From a virus: a stretch of DNA of 64,000 bases. Positions 47,021-57,954 of this stretch are shown here, piece after piece. Positions within the stretch are counted from its first letter, which is position 1; the number at the start of each line of letters is the position of its first letter. Both the position numbers and the translations under genes were made by a program. The notes below the pieces were generated by a model. The model made no database searches. It was given only the letters and a program-made list of their open reading frames with translations, and had not been told where the DNA came from. The stretch is taken from positions 1 to 64,000 of IMG/VR virus record IMGVR_UViG_3300031251_000010; one strand, 5' to 3'.

Positions 47021-47658
47021 GAGCCGTCACCCCGATTCAGGAACTCGATGCCTTCGGCGAGGGTGTCGATACCGACCGGCGCCATGTTCCATGCGTCCAC
47101 ACCCACGTGGAGTTGCCGTTGGTGCACGAACGGCAGATAGCTTGCGGTGCTGTGGGTATGCCCGTGGAGAAGCCACGCGCCCTCATCACGGAGCCGGTAT
47201 TGGTTGTAGCGCTCAGCAGTCGTGCGGTCGCACTGATAGGGCAGGTGTGACATGAGTACCGTTCGGCCGCCGATACGACGCCGCGCGAACGGCTGCACCG
47301 ACTGAAACACCTGGAGGTAATCGCGTTGCCACTTGTGGGCGTCGCGGTACATAGGGTGACAGCGGTCATGGTTACCCGGCACCAGATGCTTCTCCCCTGG
47401 CCTCCGGAACAACCAAGCAAGGGCCTTCATCTGTGCGGTATTGGTGCCAGAACTGTTGTCCCCCAAGTCCCATACCTGGTCCTCTGGATGAACGATCGCG
47501 TCCCACTTCTCCGCCAAGGTTCGGTCGTGCCACTCGATGGCCGCGAGCTCCCGATCCACAGGGTTGGCAGGCAGGGCGATACCGGCCCGTTCCGCCCGGA
47601 TCACAGCGACCAGTCCATGCCCGATATGGAGGTCCGCAACAAACCAGACGGTCGTCAT
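47017..47658 (-). CDS. calcineurin-like metallophosphoesterase
   Basis: DLHIGH, LGD, GNHD, SH.P, HGHTH, VGVD motifs. Confidence 0.85.
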   Translation of the reverse strand: MTTVWFVADLHIGHGLVAVIRAERAGIALPANPVDRELAAIEWHDRTLAEKWDAIVHPEDQVWDLGDNSSGTNTAQMKALAWLFRRPGEKHLVPGNHDRCHPMYRDAHKWQRDYLQVFQSVQPFARRRIGGRTVLMSHLPYQCDRTTAERYNQYRLRDEGAWLLHGHTHSTASYLPFVHQRQLHVGVDAWNMAPVGIDTLAEGIEFLNRGDGS

Positions 47659-47981
47659 TGGGCGACCGCCTCGAACGCCCATGCACCATTGGACTTGACG
47701 GCCCGGTAGCGGCCAGGCGGGACCGGTCGTCCATTGAGGTTGGCCAGGTAGGCCGCCAGGGGGCATTGAAAGAGGTCAAAGTCCAGGCGCTCGCATAGCG
47801 GGTGCTGGATTGTGAAATCACTGTGCCCGATCTTGACGATATGCTCGATCTCGCTGTCGCCCAGAATGTCTGATACGGCGGTCGGTTTCGGGCAGTCCCA
47901 AAACGTGCAGGTGACGTAACCGCCTTCGCCAACGGCCAAGGTTTGACCACACCCCATCGGGCAATGCCCATTGACTCTCAT
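47655..47981 (-). CDS. DUF6085-like protein
   Basis: GHCPMGCG.TL...HPL.ERL. Confidence 0.5.
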   Translation of the reverse strand: MRVNGHCPMGCGQTLAVGEGGYVTCTFWDCPKPTAVSDILGDSEIEHIVKIGHSDFTIQHPLCERLDFDLFQCPLAAYLANLNGRPVPPGRYRAVKSNGAWAFEAVAQ

Positions 47982-48895
47982 CGCTCACTCGCTTTCGGGT
48001 ACTGGTTCCACGTGCGCCCGTCCAGCTCGCGTCCAGCCGCCTTCTTGCCGACGCGCATGACGAATGCGTGCGGGTCACTGAGGTTCGCCCAATCCCGGTA
48101 GCGGTGACCGGTGTTCGGGGTCCACTCGCCCCACTGTTTGAACAGGAACGACACACCGGCGGCCATGCACTGATCGCGCAGCGAGCGCGCCCAATCGGGA
48201 TGCATCGGCCTTGCGCCAGGCCCGGATTCACCGCCGACGACCACCCAGTCGAGAGCTGGCACGTCGTACTTGGTGTCGTCATTCTCGACAAACCGGGCGA
48301 TGTCCAGCGGCCCGAGTAGCGGCTCGGCGCTGATCCACCGCACGGCAGCCGGGGTGTCGAGCAGTGCCGGGATGCGGAGGTCGGCGCGCTTCTGGTCCTC
48401 TGCGCTCACGCCCAGCCAGACGTTAGGCAGCGGCCAGCGCTCGGCAGGGTCGGTCCCAAGCGATTCAGATTCGTCAGGACCGTCTTCCACGCTCCAGGCG
48501 TCCCATACCAACTGGAGAAAGTCTCTTGAATTCAAAAGCGCCCGCATCCGGCCGTGACGCTTGGTGAGTATCTGAAATGTGTGTTGTGGTGCGAGTGCCA
48601 TGACGGCGAACACGCGGGCGATGTACTCGTCAGGCACCTTGTCGTGGAACAGGTCTGACATCGAGTTGACGAAGACGCGGCGCGGCTCTTCCCACTTCTT
48701 CGAAAGCGGTAACTCAAGCATGTTGGGGCGCAACTGAACATCGAAACCGTGCTCGAAGTGGTGACCCGGTGTGCCACGGAATCGCTCGGCCAGGGTTTCG
48801 GCGTAGCAGTGGTCACAACCGGGAGACACCTTGTCGCAGCCTGTAACCGGATTCCACGTCGCGTCGGTCCATTCGATGCCGGTCTTGTCACCCAT
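47978..48895 (-). CDS. DUF5131 (phage Gp37/Gp68) family protein
   Basis: IEWTDATWNPVTGC..VSPGC.HCYA, FVNSMSDLFH, GGESG, FKQWG. Confidence 0.9.
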   Translation of the reverse strand: MGDKTGIEWTDATWNPVTGCDKVSPGCDHCYAETLAERFRGTPGHHFEHGFDVQLRPNMLELPLSKKWEEPRRVFVNSMSDLFHDKVPDEYIARVFAVMALAPQHTFQILTKRHGRMRALLNSRDFLQLVWDAWSVEDGPDESESLGTDPAERWPLPNVWLGVSAEDQKRADLRIPALLDTPAAVRWISAEPLLGPLDIARFVENDDTKYDVPALDWVVVGGESGPGARPMHPDWARSLRDQCMAAGVSFLFKQWGEWTPNTGHRYRDWANLSDPHAFVMRVGKKAAGRELDGRTWNQYPKASER

Positions 48896-49241
48896 GGCCG
48901 TTCCCTTTCACGGAGTGCAGCTCGCGCGCCTCGATGGGGTGCCGTTCCTCGAAGGAAGTCCCGTAGCCGCATACGGTGCAGCTGCCTCCGTAACTAACTG
49001 TCACGACGCCGGTTTCGGCACCGTAGATCTCGTAGTCCTCGCGAAACGTCTTCTCCAGCGGCCATTCCCGGATAGCGGCGACGGCTGCCCCGGCTTGTGC
49101 CCGTAGGGCGTCGTACTCGTCTTGCGGGATCGTGCCGTATGCGTGCTCTAACCGCTTCTGTTCCTTGGCTATCCGCTCAGCGATATCGCCGTCGTGTTTG
49201 GTCCGGCAGGCGTAGCAGGTGGTCCAGTTGTCGGCGCTCAC
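48888..49241 (-). CDS. hypothetical protein
   Basis: MSADNW.TC...TFREDYEI...CTVCG. Confidence 0.55.
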   Translation of the reverse strand: MSADNWTTCYACRTKHDGDIAERIAKEQKRLEHAYGTIPQDEYDALRAQAGAAVAAIREWPLEKTFREDYEIYGAETGVVTVSYGGSCTVCGYGTSFEERHPIEARELHSVKGNGHG

Positions 49242-49702
49242 CGGGCTGCCGCCTCAGCCACAGAGCTGAGCAGCTTCGCGACCGCGCGGGTCAGGTTGCT
49301 GCCACCTATGCCGTAGCCGCGCTCCAGGCGCCCGGCGGCTGCCGCGTACATTGAGGCATCGGTATCGTGTGGCCCCTTGTGTGCAACCCGTGGGACCTGA
49401 ACGACCACATGCCCTTCCTCGGCCAACATCTCCCGAATGCAGGCGATCACGCTTCCGGCATCGCCGCCCAATTCCAGTTCCTCAGCGGCGGTGCCGTTCA
49501 ACACGTCCCAAATCCCCTGAGATGGCGGAACGTTCGTAGTATCCGGCTCCGTCTCGAACTCGCGGCCCTCGTTCCGGTGCCCGAGCGGGCAGTGGAATGG
49601 GTGCCCGCTAAGCCACAACGGCACACCGAAGTAGGTGTCGCAGTGGTCGCAGATCACCGCTTCCAGAACGAGCTTTACTCTCAGATTCGGCATCTTGATC
49701 AC
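49238..49702 (-). CDS. hypothetical protein
   Basis: CDHC...FHCPLGH. Confidence 0.5.
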   Translation of the reverse strand: MIKMPNLRVKLVLEAVICDHCDTYFGVPLWLSGHPFHCPLGHRNEGREFETEPDTTNVPPSQGIWDVLNGTAAEELELGGDAGSVIACIREMLAEEGHVVVQVPRVAHKGPHDTDASMYAAAAGRLERGYGIGGSNLTRAVAKLLSSVAEAAAR

Positions 49703-50973
49703 CGTTCCTTGCTGTCCGGGTTGAAGACATTGAGATTTCTTGTCTCACCTTCGATTCCGAGGAGTCGTTCGCGGACCTCGCGGCGTACTTCTTCCATAGC
49801 GGCCGGATCTGCTTTGATCGCGCGAACGAGGGCGTTGGAAACGCGGTCGGCCTCGGCGTCGTCGCCCTGGCTGTAGTTGAGGGCACAACTGGCGGCGCCC
49901 GTCATGAAGCCGTCGAGATATATGTCGATGAGGACGCTCGAATCGAGCGGCTGCACGATCACTTTCGTCTTGTCGGTCATGCGCATTCTCCTGCGTGCTG
50001 GCACCAGCATTTGGGGCATACGTCCCGTATGTCGGTGGGGGTTACTGGATTTGGGCACCTGGTGTGTACGAGCGCGTCTTCCTCGTAGCGGACTTCATCT
50101 CCGCGATGGATCGCGTCATCGCCGTAGTCGCACCATCCGCCGAACTCGGCGCGGAACGGACGACTGCTACTCATCGCTGGAGTCCGATGTTGTCTCCGGC
50201 GTCACCGAGCCCTAGGACGTACTGGAGGCCGGGGTTGTCGTACAGGTCGAATGTCATGGTCATGCTGCTCAGCAGGCGGACGTTGTGCCCGCGCCGAGCG
50301 CGGTGGCGGGCCGCGAACTGTTCGGCTTGCTTTGCACCGTCCCGGCCACCGGGGAATTCCCACGCGGCCTTCACTTCATGGCCGTATTCCTCGTCCTTTG
50401 TGGTGGGGCAGTCCTGGCACTCGGCGACCCATTTCCGCTCTTCACCTTTAGGATTCACGTCTGCGTCCCGTACTCGGTGATGTGCCCGGCGGCGACCTGG
50501 GCCAACGCTTCGATGAGATCCACCGTCTCGCCTAGATGTTCGTAGGTCGTTCCCCACTGCATCCAGCCGAGGGGCGCGATCTGAAACTTGCGGGTCACGC
50601 CATCGGTGGTGGTGATCTGGCCGCGTATCAGCTGGACCTTCACGGGTACATCCCCAACACCCGGTACGTGCGCGTCACGTGACGGGAGACGCCATCCCAG
50701 TGGAGGTGGCCCATGGCGCACGCCTGGCACACCCAGAGGGTGTCTGGTGCGGTGAGCTGGTCCATCATGCGTGGGCACAGCTCGCACGACACCTTGATGA
50801 CGGAGCCCACGGCAGGCGGCTTCTGGGTGCCGTTCCCCTCTGCTACCGGCGCGGGTGCGGGCGTGATGGTGGAGCGGAGGCCGGTGATCCAATCGAGAAG
50901 CTGTTGCCCCTCAGAGCTCTCGATAGTGTCAGCAGCACGGCGAACGGCTTTCGCCGCGTACCGGGCTCCGACC

Positions 50974-51285
50974 TCAAGAATTTCGGCGAGATTGCTTGCC
51001 ATGCTTGGTATCTCCTAGTAGTCGGCGCTGTCGGCGGTTCAGCCCGAACGGGGATGGTTGCTCCTCGCGCTTCCGCTTCGTGGGCTGCCGGCGGGGGATC
51101 GGGCGGAACGTGACCTTCGTGTTGTCGGTGGCCGGGTCGTAGACCGCTGACACCGGGGCGTAGTAGGCGCCGTGCAGGTCGGGGCCGAACGGGTGGGTGT
51201 CGGCCATGATGTGGGCGGCGATGTCACCTCGATAGTTGGCGGTGCTCCGGGCGGCGCCGGGGAACAGGTCTGCGAACTCAGGCAT
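50974..51285 (-). CDS. hypothetical protein
   Basis: start MPEFAD; NRRQRR motif. Confidence 0.45.
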   Translation of the reverse strand: MPEFADLFPGAARSTANYRGDIAAHIMADTHPFGPDLHGAYYAPVSAVYDPATDNTKVTFRPIPRRQPTKRKREEQPSPFGLNRRQRRLLGDTKHGKQSRRNS

Positions 51286-51662
51286 CAGGACGCCACCTTC
51301 CGGCGGCGCCATAGGCCCTGGACTTCTTCGACGGAGCTGCGATGGCGGTAGGCGTCGCCGGGGCAAGCCTCCACCAGCACTTCCTTGCCCCATTGCTTCT
51401 CACACCGTGTGCCCCAGCGCCGCACCTTCTCCACATCGGTGGACTCCGGGACCAGCGCTTCCAACCAGCCGTGTTGGTCTAGGAGGAACTCCTGGCAGAA
51501 GTCCCTAGCCCTCGGCACCTGGTTGATGGTGATCGTTCCGCCGGTCATAAACCCGAGGAGCGCCTGCACTTCGCGGACGTTGCAGAGCGCGCCTTCGGGG
51601 AGCCCGGCGGCGACGGTCAGGACAGCGGCGAGCGGGAACCGTTCCTTGTGTGGGCGGCTCAT
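51285..51662 (-). CDS. conserved phage protein, paralog of 26470..26859
   Basis: LLGFMTG...NQVPRA...C...LLDQH motif. Confidence 0.55.
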   Translation of the reverse strand: MSRPHKERFPLAAVLTVAAGLPEGALCNVREVQALLGFMTGGTITINQVPRARDFCQEFLLDQHGWLEALVPESTDVEKVRRWGTRCEKQWGKEVLVEACPGDAYRHRSSVEEVQGLWRRRKVAS

Positions 51663-51873
51663 TCAGTCCTCCAGGTGGGGTCACCGATGAACGGGGCTTT
51701 GGCCTCGACAGACGGCCCAGCGATGTAGGCGGATTCGGACAGCAGCTCGAACAGGGCAAGCGATGAGTTCAGTTGCGCCTCCGCGATGAGCGGGGCTGAC
51801 TGTGCGCCGCGGAGGCCCTGCGCCTCTTCGTAGAGACGCAGGGCTTCCTCGTGGCGTTCGGCAGCAGACACGA

Positions 51874-52725
51874 CTACCGGCTGGACTCAGTGGTGAACGG
51901 CTGAACCGGCTCCGGCGCAGGGCCGTACGCAATCGGCAAGCTGTCGGTGACCTTCGCGACCTCCGCGTCGAACGCCGCGTCGACAACTTCCTGTGCCCGG
52001 TCCAGCTTGTATCCGAACGCAACGCCTTGCGGCCCCAGCCGGTACATGAAGTTCGCCAACAGTTCGTAACGCTCTCCTCGCTCGTAGATCGGGAGTCTCA
52101 GCGTGAGTACCTGCGGGATCTCGACTGTCCCGGCCGTGCCGCCGCCCGCCTCCGAGGTCTCTTCGACGTACTCGAACTGGACCTCGCCATTGGCGATATC
52201 CCGAGCCGATTTGAACGAGAGGGACCGCTTGGCTTGGAACTTCCGCACGATCTCCACCAAGTCGGCCGCCGGAGGGTTGTAGATCTCGGAGAGGCCATCC
52301 TGGAGGTGTTCGGCGAATATGGCCTGGGGCAGGAAATCGCCGTCCAGGCGGGCCCAGTGCTCCCATTCTCGAGAGTGCTTCAAGTGCAGAGCGATCCGGT
52401 GATCACCCCAGCCCTCGTAGTTGAGGATCGCGGTTACCCGGTTATTGGCGCGGTCGGCGAAACCGAGAGCGTCGAGGTGCTGGACCTTAGCCAGGAGCAG
52501 GTTCAGGCTGTCGGCATCCAGGACCGCCGTTGTACCGCGTTGGCGGCGCGGGTTCGGTAGGTACTTCTCCAGCGAATGAAACTGCTGGCTCTCGTCATTT
52601 CGGACCGTGTACGTGAAAACATCTGCTGTATCGGGTGATACAGCGTCTACGCGCTCTGCGGCAAGCCGCGCTAGGTCGGCTGTGGCATCGATCTCGGTAC
52701 GGGAATTGTGGTCGTTGAATGGCAT
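51874..52725 (-). CDS. DUF2303 family protein
   Basis: WGDHR, Q..FAEHL.D, FKSA.....GEVQF.Y.E, IP...L..PIY.G motifs. Confidence 0.75.
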   Translation of the reverse strand: MPFNDHNSRTEIDATADLARLAAERVDAVSPDTADVFTYTVRNDESQQFHSLEKYLPNPRRQRGTTAVLDADSLNLLLAKVQHLDALGFADRANNRVTAILNYEGWGDHRIALHLKHSREWEHWARLDGDFLPQAIFAEHLQDGLSEIYNPPAADLVEIVRKFQAKRSLSFKSARDIANGEVQFEYVEETSEAGGGTAGTVEIPQVLTLRLPIYERGERYELLANFMYRLGPQGVAFGYKLDRAQEVVDAAFDAEVAKVTDSLPIAYGPAPEPVQPFTTESSR

Positions 52726-53100
52726 CTAGTTGGCTTCCTTTCTGGTTTTGTCCTCGGTTGGCACCGGGGTGGGTACGGCTTGGATGGAGTTGAAATCGAG
52801 CTGATTCGGGTCGGACCTCGTGGGGTTGCCGTCTTTATCCACGAACCACAGGGAACGCGTCCGGTCAGGCTTCGGGAGCTTGGGCGTCACGTCGTCGTCA
52901 ATGATGAGCATTGGAGTCTTCTTCTCCTGCGACACAACTAAAGTCAGCGTGAGCGAGCCCTTCTTACCCGTGGCCTTGACCGCCGCTAGAAGATCGTGGA
53001 GCCCCTTGGACAGCTCGTCGTGAACGCGGCCCTTATTGAGTTCCTGGAGGAACGCCGCGAACGGACGGACAACCGCCTCGTCCTCGTCAGGCTCAGCCAT
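52726..53100 (-). CDS. DUF2303-associated protein
   Basis: V..TGKKGSLTL and FVDKDGN.TR.DP.Q motifs. Confidence 0.65.
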   Translation of the reverse strand: MAEPDEDEAVVRPFAAFLQELNKGRVHDELSKGLHDLLAAVKATGKKGSLTLTLVVSQEKKTPMLIIDDDVTPKLPKPDRTRSLWFVDKDGNPTRSDPNQLDFNSIQAVPTPVPTEDKTRKEAN

Positions 53101-53440
53101 GGGTCGCCACCCCATTCGGCGTGAGCGGCTGCTCCGAGTCCTTCTGGGGCGGAACCCATCCGGCATTCATGAAGCGGACCATGGCCTCCCTGAACTCAGG
53201 CGTGTTCTCACCGAATGCTGCACTGATTTGCGCCTTGGCTGCGACGTTGGAAAGCAAGTAGGCGGCCCGCTTGGGCACCTTCCCCTCCTCTCCCAGGGCC
53301 TCGATCTTGCTCGCCGCGCTTTCAGCCACCTTGAGGACGGTGGTGATCATCAGCTCGGTTGCGACATCGAACTTGGCTTCACCAATTGGTGTTTCAGCCT
53401 CGGGCGGTGGCCCCGGAGGGAACTCTCTTCCGAACAACAT
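53093..53440 (-). CDS. hypothetical protein
   Basis: 115 aa coupled ORF. Confidence 0.45.
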   Translation of the reverse strand: MLFGREFPPGPPPEAETPIGEAKFDVATELMITTVLKVAESAASKIEALGEEGKVPKRAAYLLSNVAAKAQISAAFGENTPEFREAMVRFMNAGWVPPQKDSEQPLTPNGVATHG

Positions 53441-53444
53441 TCGG

Positions 53445-54539
53445 CTACTTCTCCTTCTCGGTGTTGGTCAGGACGGCGATGACTTCGGCGACCTGGTCGT
53501 CGGACAGCGAGTCGATGTCCGTGACTTCTTGAGATACGCACTGGGACAGGAACTCCAGAGCTTCCTTCATGCCCTGCTTGGTGCGGAGCTGGTACTTCTC
53601 GGCCGTGAGCAGGTCACGGACGTTCTGGATGGCGGCGCGGTCGGCTTTGCCGCTGCCGGGCGGCGGGGTGTTGTCACCGCCGTCCGGCGCGGTGGCCTCC
53701 TGTGCCTCCGTTGCTACTGGCGCTGGCTCGGGTTCTAGTGCCGGGACGGGCTCTACGGTGGTGTCCGGCTGGCTGGGTTCCGGCCCCTGTTCCGTCGTCT
53801 CGACTGCCTGCCGGCGTTCCTCGATTGCGGCTTGCAGCCCAGCGAGGCCCTTCTGTTGCGCAGGCGGGCGGACGACCCGCTGTACCGACACTGTCTCCGA
53901 GAGCTGTAGTTCCTCGACGGAATGGCTCATGCCGAGGAGTACGTCCTGGAACAGGATTCGGCAGACTTCGGCTTGCGCTTTGGCGCGTAGCATCTCGGTC
54001 GGCTGCTTCTGGTACTTCTCGTTGCTTGTGAACCCTGCTGTCTTGGCGCGTTCGATAGTCCACTCGGATGAGGCGGGCTTGCCGTCGCGCCGCCCCGCCC
54101 ATACGACGCGCTCGGGCGACGCAGCGACCTCCCAGACCCCATCGCCGTCAGGGCCACCGGTTCCGTTGTTGTCGATCCAGCGCCGGACCTGCGCCACCAT
54201 GGTCTTGCTGTAGACACCCGGCGATCCGTGGACCGTGAACACGTTCTGCGCGGCCTGCATCGCGGACATACCGAGCTCGGCGCCATACATGATGGCGGCG
54301 GCTAAATCCTGCGCTGCTCTGTCCCCAAGAGGTTCCCGCTGCCCCTTCGGAATGTGTGTCTGCTGGAAGTGCAGCGGCACCATCGACGTTTTCGACAGGG
54401 ACTTCGCCATGTTGTAGGCGGTCTGGAGCGCGCGGGCTTCTGCCTCCATCCGCTTGATCGCGGGAGTGGTCGGCTCATCCATGAACACTTCTGGCAGTGG
54501 TGGAACATCCACCTGGACGATGTCGGTGGTTTCGGACAT
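53445..54539 (-). CDS. RecT-like ssDNA annealing protein
   Basis: G.ELG..AMQA, WTIERAK.AG, Y.K.P.EML.AKA motifs; next to exonuclease. Confidence 0.7.
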   Translation of the reverse strand: MSETTDIVQVDVPPLPEVFMDEPTTPAIKRMEAEARALQTAYNMAKSLSKTSMVPLHFQQTHIPKGQREPLGDRAAQDLAAAIMYGAELGMSAMQAAQNVFTVHGSPGVYSKTMVAQVRRWIDNNGTGGPDGDGVWEVAASPERVVWAGRRDGKPASSEWTIERAKTAGFTSNEKYQKQPTEMLRAKAQAEVCRILFQDVLLGMSHSVEELQLSETVSVQRVVRPPAQQKGLAGLQAAIEERRQAVETTEQGPEPSQPDTTVEPVPALEPEPAPVATEAQEATAPDGGDNTPPPGSGKADRAAIQNVRDLLTAEKYQLRTKQGMKEALEFLSQCVSQEVTDIDSLSDDQVAEVIAVLTNTEKEK

Positions 54540-54562
54540 TGCTGGTTCTCCTTCTGGTTGTT

Positions 54563-55456
54563 TCACTGGACCGCGTACAGGGACACCGATCCGCCCCTGC
54601 CTGGTTGTCTGCGGGCGATACGGACGCCGCCCGCTGTCGCGTACTGGGCATCGCCCATAAGGTCGAGAATCTTTGTCTTGGCGCCGCGTTCGCGGTTCGC
54701 GGCCTCTTTCGATTCCGACACTGCGGCAAGGAACTCGGAGCCGTCCTCGGCGGTGACGTTCACGGTGATCCCGCGCGCGATATCGGGATGCTGCTCGCGA
54801 ACGAACTCGTAAGTAGCCACCGAGTTATCGAGAGAAGGCGGATCACTCGCTTCGAGCGAGTCCCAGAACTCCTTGCACGCCTTGATGATCGCGGCCGCAG
54901 CCGCCATGTTGTACGGGATTACGTACGTGTGGTGCTGAAACCGCGGACCCATCACCACAAGGTGTGCGGGCTCTTTCGTCAGCCCCGAGAACACCTGCTG
55001 GGTAAGAACTTGAGTGAAGTAGTCCGGCGGCGCTTCATCGGTGAAGTCGTCGCCCCACTCCTCCAACGAGCGGGCGATCTTGAACTCCACATCGCGGCGA
55101 GTCCGGCCCCGACGCCCGCGCCGGTCCAACGTGACCAGATAAGGGAATCCGAACTTGTCCGGGTCACCGACGTACTGGACCTCGCCGGGCGAAAGCTGCC
55201 AGCCGGGGTTGTCGTACCGCCAGAGCTCGGCGAGCGCGAGCTCGAACGCATGCCCAACCCGGAAGATGTCCTTCTCCGGCTCCGGTGCCGCGAGGCCCTT
55301 CATCCGGTGCCACAGGCAATACGGCGAATCCCAACGCGAGAGGCCCATGATTGCCGCCACCTTGGAGGGGCTGATGAGCTCCGAGTGCTCCGGTGTGCCC
55401 GGAGCGATGAACCCCGGTTCGCCGGGCCGGTAGATCCCCGGCTTGATATCAGTCAT
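54563..55456 (-). CDS. RecE/YqaJ-like exonuclease
   Basis: S.VAAIMGLS.W.SP..LW, TLD, VEFK, Y..QV..Q motifs. Confidence 0.8.
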   Translation of the reverse strand: MTDIKPGIYRPGEPGFIAPGTPEHSELISPSKVAAIMGLSRWDSPYCLWHRMKGLAAPEPEKDIFRVGHAFELALAELWRYDNPGWQLSPGEVQYVGDPDKFGFPYLVTLDRRGRRGRTRRDVEFKIARSLEEWGDDFTDEAPPDYFTQVLTQQVFSGLTKEPAHLVVMGPRFQHHTYVIPYNMAAAAAIIKACKEFWDSLEASDPPSLDNSVATYEFVREQHPDIARGITVNVTAEDGSEFLAAVSESKEAANRERGAKTKILDLMGDAQYATAGGVRIARRQPGRGGSVSLYAVQ

Positions 55457-55821
55457 CGCATGTTCTTCCCTGCTGGTAGGTAGTTGTCGTGAAGCCAGAG
55501 GTCCGGCTGCCGGTTCGGCCGGTTCCGCACCGGCACCGCCGAGGGCGAGATCTGTGGGTGGCCGGGGATGGCGAGACCGACCGATTGCGCCCATTCCGGG
55601 TTGACCGTGACGGCCCGGTGGTCGGCCCCGCAGAGGTCGATGATGTTGGCGGGGTGCCACTTCCCGCCTTGCGAGCGGTTGATCCGGTGGTGCTTCTCGG
55701 CGGCCTTCTCCTTGCCGCACCACTCGCACCACCCCATCGAGCGGCCACTGACGTGCACGCGGGTAAGCGGTTCATCCCAGTTGGTGATGAACTCCTCGTC
55801 CCAGATCGACGGCGCGGTCAT
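55453..55821 (-). CDS. HNH endonuclease
   Basis: CEWC...HHR..RSQGG...N...LC..DH. Confidence 0.75.
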   Translation of the reverse strand: MTAPSIWDEEFITNWDEPLTRVHVSGRSMGWCEWCGKEKAAEKHHRINRSQGGKWHPANIIDLCGADHRAVTVNPEWAQSVGLAIPGHPQISPSAVPVRNRPNRQPDLWLHDNYLPAGKNMR

Positions 55822-56226
55822 TGGACCGGTCCGACGATTGACGACTTGGCCGGCAGGACATCGACGTGCAGAACGTCACCGGGGCTGAGTGGAGTGGCGC
55901 ACTGCCACTCGTCGTAGCCATCATCGTCTTTCCCGACGTAGACAAGTTCGCAAACGATCTTCCGCCCATCGGCTTTGGTGATGGAGACGCCTTGCGGACG
56001 CTCAGGCTGCTCGCTCATTCGTCGTCCGGTTCGAGCGGTGTGTGGGCGGGCTTGGCTGTAAAGCTCCGCGCGAATTTCCGACCGGCTGCGGCTGCCGCTG
56101 CCTTCGTTGGGTATGGGCCGTAGTTGAAGTGCTCATTACCCTTGGGACTGGTCCACTTCCACGCAAACCCGTCGTTGTCCTTCCGGGGGAACGCCTCGAC
56201 GGTGCCGGGTACCGGCTTGGTCTTGC

Positions 56227-57024
56227 TCACGCCGCGCCTTCTTCTTTGTTCGCGGACTTGATCCGTTCGAGCTGGCGCTTAACGGATTCCGGCTTCTGTT
56301 CGAGGCGTTCTGCGATCTCATTGACATCGCGGATACCCATGTCGTGCAGCTCCTCCAACCGCTCTTTGAACGGGCTGTGGTTGCTGCCCTCTATGGGTTT
56401 GGCCGCCGGGTCATCGATGGTGTCCTCGTCCCATTGGAGAGGTAGTGGCCAGCCCTTCTTGATGGCAAGGCGCCGTGCGATAGGGCTTGGCCCCTCAGTT
56501 ATTTCGATTTTTTCGAACAGCTCTGATATCGCTAGGGCCTTCCCGGCAGTGATCTTCTTCGCCTTCCCCGCGTACAAACCGCCCAGGGCCGTTCGGTCAG
56601 CGATGCCGAGCAGCTGGGTGACCTGCGGTCCCCCGTAGCCGATCCGGGCTAGAGCGCGGAGTCGCCGGATGGTTCCGGTGGAGTCGATGAACGCGTTCGG
56701 GTTGGCTAGCTGGTGCGGCGCGGCGGCCGGGATAGCGAGTATCAGGTCGTGAGTGCGGCTGGAGCACCAATGCCGCCCCGGTTCCATCAGTTTGTAAAGG
56801 GTGGCGCGCTCCAACCCGGTGAGTGCCTGGATTTGGCGGAGCCCGATACCGGCGCCGCGTAGTTCACGGAGCCGCTGCTGCGGGGCATCGACGGGGCGCC
56901 GATCGTTGTCGAAGCGACCGTACGCACGCTGCCGTAACGTCCACTGTTTCAGGTGGTTCGCGCAGCGGCCACGCCCGACAGCGAGCTTCGGGCAACCCTC
57001 ATGGATGCACTGGCGGCGGCTCAT
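56227..57024 (-). CDS. HTH DNA-binding protein with N-terminal Cys/His motif
   Basis: C...GC.......G.C..H, GIGLRQI, GT.RRLRAL...G, P..WD.D.IDDP. Confidence 0.6.
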   Translation of the reverse strand: MSRRQCIHEGCPKLAVGRGRCANHLKQWTLRQRAYGRFDNDRRPVDAPQQRLRELRGAGIGLRQIQALTGLERATLYKLMEPGRHWCSSRTHDLILAIPAAAPHQLANPNAFIDSTGTIRRLRALARIGYGGPQVTQLLGIADRTALGGLYAGKAKKITAGKALAISELFEKIEITEGPSPIARRLAIKKGWPLPLQWDEDTIDDPAAKPIEGSNHSPFKERLEELHDMGIRDVNEIAERLEQKPESVKRQLERIKSANKEEGAA

Positions 57025-57383
57025 TGAACCTCCGGGTACAGCAGGGTCAGGTTCTCGAACGGGTTTGTGGCGTTGCCGCGTGCGAACCGGCGGCGGCGCT
57101 TCTGGGCGTAGTTCAGCCGGTTCTCGAGGGCGACGGCTGCCGTATTACCGCTCCTGGCGCGGCGCGCGTGCCGGTTCTTCTTGCGGCGCCGCTCCACTTC
57201 CTCGACGGGGACCGAACCCGCGTACACGTTTGAGCCTTGGAGGGCGAGGAGAACGGCCTTCTCGAACTTGCCGGGCTCCAACGGCTTTGGTGTGGGCTCC
57301 AGCTGGTAGACGCCGGTTTCCGGCTTCTTGCCAGCCTCGGTGCGAGCGTTCTGGTCGCGGAGCAGCTTGTACATATCAGGCAT
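57021..57383 (-). CDS. hypothetical basic protein
   Basis: VYAGSV...RRR.KN..AR..R. Confidence 0.5.
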   Translation of the reverse strand: MPDMYKLLRDQNARTEAGKKPETGVYQLEPTPKPLEPGKFEKAVLLALQGSNVYAGSVPVEEVERRRKKNRHARRARSGNTAAVALENRLNYAQKRRRRFARGNATNPFENLTLLYPEVQ

Positions 57384-57954
57384 TTGGTTGTGCCTCTCTC
57401 AGATTGGTGGCGAGCTTGAGGGCGCGGCGGAAGCATTCAGCGGTTGCGCGTGCGTCACCGAGCGCTGTGTGTTCGGCGCTGTTGGTGACGCCGAGGAGTT
57501 CGCAGCAAGCGGCGAGTCCGGGTATCTTGGCCGGGTCTAGCGCGAATACGCCTGCGGTGTAAGCGGATAAGTCAGAGACCCGATACCGCCACGGCTCCCT
57601 ACGCGAAGTGGCGGTATCGGCGCCCCTGACGTTTTCGTATCCGGCGATGAGCATGTCAGCGTCGAATCGCGCATTCGCACCGCCGAGAGTGTTTCCTTCC
57701 AGTACCCCAAAGAGGTCGTGGTAGCAGTTCAGGGTCGGGGTTTTGGCGAGCTTGTCCCGGTAGAGGGCTCGCTCGTAGTACCGGTGGATCCGCAACGCTT
57801 CTGGGTCTGCGTTGCCTAGAGCCTCCGACGTAACAAATGGGACGAAGTAGATCTCGCGGCCCGTCTTGAGGTTGACTGCCGCCACTTCCACCGGAACGTG
57901 CCGGGTTCGGTCCAGGCCGGTGGTTTCTACATCCACTACCCACAGTTCAGTCAT
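57376..57954 (-). CDS. DnaQ-like 3'-5' exonuclease (DEDDh)
   Basis: VVDVETTGL, N.RFD, HTALGDA motifs. Confidence 0.88.
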   Translation of the reverse strand: MTELWVVDVETTGLDRTRHVPVEVAAVNLKTGREIYFVPFVTSEALGNADPEALRIHRYYERALYRDKLAKTPTLNCYHDLFGVLEGNTLGGANARFDADMLIAGYENVRGADTATSRREPWRYRVSDLSAYTAGVFALDPAKIPGLAACCELLGVTNSAEHTALGDARATAECFRRALKLATNLREAQPNA